From: Eledone cirrhosa
Lineage: Eukaryota
Assembly: GCA_964016885.1 (NCBI GenBank)
Contig: OZ024743.1
Coordinates: 275,280,001-275,344,000 of the forward strand
Direction of reading: 5' to 3'
DNA: 64,000 nt
The notes under the pieces were generated by a model. It made no database searches. It was not told where the DNA came from and saw only the letters and a list, made by a program, of their open reading frames with translations. How positions within the stretch are numbered: the first letter of the stretch is position 1; each line of letters begins with the position of its first letter. Of this stretch, positions 58,742-64,000 are shown piece after piece. The translations under genes and the position numbers were made by a program.

Positions 58742-60503
58742 CTCTGTAGCTTGATTAGAATCTTTGATGAAACCTTATGCGATAAAAGCCTACTACAAAA
58801 ACTATAGCTCTCACCACATGATCTTGTTGAAATCATCTCTTCACGACTGCCTGAAGTTCTAACGACATTATTAACCCTACCATAAACAGGTAGATACCAG
58901 TATACTGTAAAGTGGTCATGATGGCGACATACCAAAAAGCGGCCAGCCCACACTGTAAAGTAGTAGTGTAGGTGTCATGACATAAAGCACCCAACTCACA
59001 CTATAAAGTGATCGTGTAGGTGTCACGGCAAAAAGCACCCAACCCACACTGTAAAGTGGTCATGTAGGTATCCTGACAAAAAGCACCCAGTACTCACTGT
59101 AAATAAGGTTGGCTCTACGAAGGGCATCCAGCCATAGAAACCAATCCAAAATCAGTTGTATGAGAAAGACATGGTCACCTGACCTGGCATTGTTCACAAC
59201 AGGACAACTCGTTTAACCCATGCTAGTGTGGAAAAATGGAGGTTAAACGGTGATGATGATGATGATATATACATATATATAGAGATAAATAGATATAGCA
59301 GTGACATTATTTATGTCCTCAATAAACAGAACAGCCTGCAGCATAGCAATTCAACAAATTAAATTGCTAGTAGGATACACCATAATTAGAATAAAGAATG
59401 GGTTGGTGTCAGGAAGGGCAACCAGCTGTAGATAACCTGTCTCAAAAAGGCAGGCATAACAATAATAGCAACATAGATATAGACCATATAACATTGAGAG
59501 AACCCTTTTAGTCCTGTTGAAATAAAAGAATCAAATTCTGCAGGTTTAACTGGCCTCTTATATAGTTACATCTCATAAGAGGTTTTAATGATAGGGACCA
59601 TAGAACTATCATGAAGAGCACTATGAAGCACCCTGAAGATCTTGCTCAAGAATATAATACACCACCCAGTATAGGAATCGAAACTACAAAGGGGTGATGT
59701 TTGTGTAAATGTATGTGTGTTTGTGTGAATGTAAGTCTGTGAGTGTGTATTTTTGTAAGTGTGTTTGTGTTTGAGCGTTTATAATAATATACTTATGCGC
59801 CAGCGTGTTGAAAACATTCTAGTGTCAAAAATGGAGCATATTAGCAAGATAAAGTTCCCTGATCTTCCAGGCTTAAACCATGCCAATCCATCAAAGCCAT
59901 GCCAGTATGGGAAGCAGATATGATAATGATGATGATGATGATGATGATGATATGTGTTTGGGTATGTGAACTGTACAAAAAAGAGTAAAATGACTCAATC
60001 CATGTAGTAAAGTTTATTTATTCGTTTGAAGCTAATGATTCATGTCATTCGCTATTGAATCTCGCCACATACAGTCTATCAGGTAGAAAAAATCATATGG
60101 AAGGTGACAGTTGTATAAAGAAATACAGAGAAATCTCAGTGGATGGGACTTGTGGAAGAGGTAGACCTAAGAAGACATGGGATGAAGCGGTGAAGTCTGA
60201 TCTTAGGAAGATGGATTTCATGAAAGACAAACGACTGCAACAGTTGGAGATAGGTAGTACTGGAGAAGATTCACCTGCCAGCATAAAAATGTGACCTGGC
60301 TATTGCTATTGTTGCTATTCTTATGATTGCTGCTCCTGTTGTTGTTGGTGCTGCTGCTACTGTTGTTGGTGTTAAAAACATCTGTTTTGTTGTTGCTGCT
60401 ACCACTGTTGTTGTTGCTATTGCTGGTGGTGTTAAAATGTTGCTGCTGTTGTTGCTTTCATGGCTGTTATAATTTATCACTGTTGTTGTTGTTGATATCA
60501 GTG

Positions 60504-60728
60504 TCAGTCATTTTCACGTTTTCTCTTCTTATAGGCTCGCACCATGTCTGAAGAGGTCAGTTTCTCGGCCCGCCGAGTCTCCCAGCTTTGGAAATCATTT
60601 AAAGACTTCAGACCTGTGTAAAAGAGAAACCTTTCTGTATTGTCCAAAGTTGCAGTCAAACTGGACGTATCTTCATTTAAGGAACTCTGGGAAGCATCCA
60701 GAATTTTCCGGAACCTTGTTTGAAATGT
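60504..60728 (-). CDS. GINS3: last coding exon of DNA replication complex GINS subunit 3 (PSF3)
   Basis: Polypyrimidine tract and CAG acceptor at 60729-60731, then 74 codons TFQTRFRKILDASQSSLNEDTSSLTATLDNTERFLFYTGLKSLNDFQSWETRRAEKLTSSDMVRAYKKRKREND*, recognised as the PSF3 C-terminus. Confidence 0.93.
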   Translation of the reverse strand, partial: TFQTRFRKILDASQSSLNEDTSSLTATLDNTERFLFYTGLKSLNDFQSWETRRAEKLTSSDMVRAYKKRKREND

Positions 60729-62151
60729 CTGTTAAAACAAAAAAAAAAAAAATAAATAAAAATTAAAACTAAAAAAACAGAATAGAAGTATAATTTCTTT
60801 CTCTCTCTCTCTCATATTCTTTAACACCTTTGTAAAAGGGCATTTTACCCAAAATATTAAAACTAATTCAATATTTCTATGGTAACATTTCAATATCTTT
60901 GCTGTTTGATCAGGAATAAACTTTTAAATTAAACTATCACCATCATCATCATCATTTCATGCCTGTCTTCCATGCTATCAAGAGTTGGATGGATCTTCAC
61001 AGACCAAGTCAGTACTTAAGTGAAGTTATTGACTTCTCAGACAGGCCGGGGTCTACATCTCCCTCACATACATTCCTGAGCTCAGAGAGCATTTTATCAT
61101 GGCACCAACACTTGGATGATTATCATGTCTTTGACACAACTGAAGAGTCCTTCCAACCCTTTGTTTGATAGGTTTTCTATGGCTGGATGCCCTTCCTATC
61201 ACCAACCATTTAACTGAGTGCACAGGGTGCATTTATCATGTAGATTACCATGGAGGTTGTCATGTCTTTGACACAACTGAAGAGTCCTTCCAACCCTTTG
61301 TTTAATTGGTTTTCTATAACTGAATGCCCTTTCTATTACCAACTACTTTACAAAGTGTACAGGGAGCAGTTATCATGGTACCATTACTATAGAGGTTGTT
61401 ATCATTGACTCAACTGAAGAGCTCTCTCTACCATACTGACATGGATGGGGTGTCAACAAGTATGGAGGGATTTGACAGGGTGGGGGGTGGATGGTGGGGG
61501 GAAAACTTCAGGCAATGTGAGAAGTACGGTGTATATTTTAATATTTTTTGTTAATTACCTTCGTTTACCAAGAATCACTGAGCAGCTTTGAAACTAAGAG
61601 AGCAAGTTGTTGGTATTGTTATTTAGTCCCAAGTCAACCCTGATCAAGTTGGTGCATGATAAAAAAATATTCCAGCTGTCACCAATGCGTTCTTCTATTT
61701 TGTAAGGAAGTAAGAAAATAGTGTGATATGATGGAGATTTTGGTGCTATTTCTAGCAGATCAAGCAACCATATAGATGCTCTTTCATTCAGCAAAGCTGT
61801 TGAACCTAACAGTTCTACATTAACATGACATGTGACTTCTAATGAAAATAGAAGAAGACCGTTGTATGAGAAAACACATTATGTACCAAGAGTCCAACCA
61901 ATCTACTTCAACAAACTTCCAACTGTCTTTGGATTTAGACACCTAGTACACTCTGTAGAGTGTAAGAATGTATGTAAGTGAGATTCAGGTCCCCAGCCCA
62001 TCTGAAAGGTCAGTAGCTCCTATTAAGTATTGACTTAATCCCTGAAAATGGATGGTGATGATGATGAGTACAAAGTAGAAAGATGGAATAACGACAGCTA
62101 GAATTTAAAAAGAAAATGGTAATGTTTTAGTTTGATTATTGCACAGAGGTC

Positions 62152-62325
62152 TGATGGATTGGCAGTATCGATAGAGCGTCGGACAACATGCTTAGCGGCA
62201 GAGTTAGAGCCCTTTACATTTTAAGTTCAAATCCCGCCGAAGTTAGCTTTGCCTTTCATCGTTACGGGGTCGATAAAATAAAGTACCTGTAATGCAGTGG
62301 GTCAAGTTAATCGACTTGCCCCTCG
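62152..62325 (+). mobile_element. Nin-domain SINE
   Basis: Same family as 21173; another copy lies at ~63460-63655 on the minus strand. Confidence 0.85.
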
Positions 62326-64000
62326 GTTTTCTGAATGTTGTGTTTAAGTGATGGGGAATCAGATCTGGGATATTTGTCATGTGGGCTAAACAACAACTAT
62401 TTTACGAAATGATGTTTGTTATTCATGAAAGCTTGAAAGGATTTGCTTCTCCAAAAGTAAGGGAAGTAACTCTTTCATATTTGTCACTAACACAAAAATA
62501 AAATAATGGGACGCAACTCTTTATTTCGAAGTTGAACTATGAATTTATATCTGATTATATAACGTTTGCAGATAACAAAAAAAAAAAAATAGTAAATGGC
62601 GACAGTAAAGGAAAGGATGGAACGACAGTCTCTACACCCCAGTCTAGACGGTATGTCTCAGCTACACACTGCATACAAAATGTCGAAGGCATTGCTACGG
62701 AGTAGCATCAACTATACCACCCCAAGAGGCTTCTTCCTCAGCCGGATGCACTCGCCCCAATTTTGAGTAGGAAAACGGTAGTTTGGGGACCGAAGACACC
62801 AGAGGGTTCGACGGCGACAGGAATGAAAAGGAAGCGGTCAGTCAAGTCTCACTATTTGGCTATCTTGTTTTCAGTCCCGTTACGGACAGCAGTGACTAGG
62901 TTTATGGCCGAAACAACATGGTTAAAGGCGGAGAACGTGGCATCCTAGATCAGAGATTTACCTCTCCTGAACGAGAAGGTTACCCCGTTGGAGCGCTTTT
63001 ACTATAACCATAGTCGAGGTCGGCAAGCTCCAGCCGCGACGGGAAATCGGCCACGTCAAGGTGTACTTGTCTGGCAAGTGACGTAATCTGCGACTGTATA
63101 TTGAAACTAAAGAAATTACGTCGGGAAAAAAACATTTTACTCATTCAAAATCACGCAAAACCCGAGTAAGGGTAGAGCTATATCAATTACCAACGCAACG
63201 AAAATGTTGACTCTAAGAAATAAATGATAAACAAAGCGAAGTTAACAGTTTCTGTCTTTTTTTTTTTAATGACTCTTCCACAAAGTAATTCCCGTTCTTC
63301 ATCATTTATTGAAATTTCAACTGTATTGTAAATTAACGTATTAAACTACAATTAACGCCAGTAATTATATTTTTTAACAAAATATATAGTACTTCCTGCT
63401 AAAACGAAGGTTGATAAAATAATTATTCACCCTGGAATTATATGATTACTTAATGGTTTCTTATTTAGGCACAATGCTAACAATGCGAAAAATCGATTAA
63501 ATCGATCTCAGTTTATTACTGGTACTTTATTTTATCAACCCCTTACAGATGAAAGGCAAAGCTAACCTCGGCGGGATTTGAAATCAGAACATAAAAGCCC
63601 ATAACTCTATGCTGCAAAGCATGTCCGACGCTCTACCGATACTGCCAATGCACCGCCCTTTTGTGGTTAATTAATAAAATTAAATCAAATCTTCTTCGCC
63701 CACTTATTCCTGAGAGGGTCGTGGGAGCAGAGTCTTGTCAAAAGCAACCGTCTCCAACTGATCCGGCTGGATCCCCAAGCGTGACCAGCCAAGTTCATAG
63801 ATGTTATCCAGCCATCTTGCTCAGCATCTACCCCTGGGTCTCCTACCGGTTGGTTTTGCCCATAAAATCTGTCAAGCACTTCTTTCGTGAGACATTCTAA
63901 CCACATGCCCATAGTACTGGAGCTGTGATCTCTCAAATTAATCATTTATATCTTCATTCATTGATCATTGAACTGTACTTAACCAGTGTTTATATGCAGT

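Overview
AT-rich, microsatellite-saturated animal genomic DNA. The tRNA-derived SINE families and the (TA)n/(TACA)n density suggest an octopus or other coleoid cephalopod (inference). Only one host gene piece is visible: the last coding exon of GINS3/PSF3 (60504-60728, minus strand), which the ORF track misses. The rest is mobile DNA: two decayed Penelope-like retroelements (PLEs; 45170-48232 with RT and GIY-YIG, and 54008-57675), a long-ORF CR1-group LINE, fragments of CR1, RTE, HERO, CRE and Tx1 LINEs, a decayed Helitron, Tc1/mariner and hAT elements, and many SINEs. The main unexplained signal is at least ten unrelated families of short non-coding cassettes, mostly lodged in (TA)n tracts. 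Many are long fold-back hairpins and most carry a type I hammerhead ribozyme (HHR) or its 3' half. Hairpin apices and truncation points repeatedly fall inside or next to the ribozyme, one copy starts at the predicted self-cleavage site, and several families share an NTGAGT motif about 30-65 nt before the TA junction. This looks like a PLE-driven, TA-targeted retrozyme system. All structures were read by eye, so boundaries are approximate.
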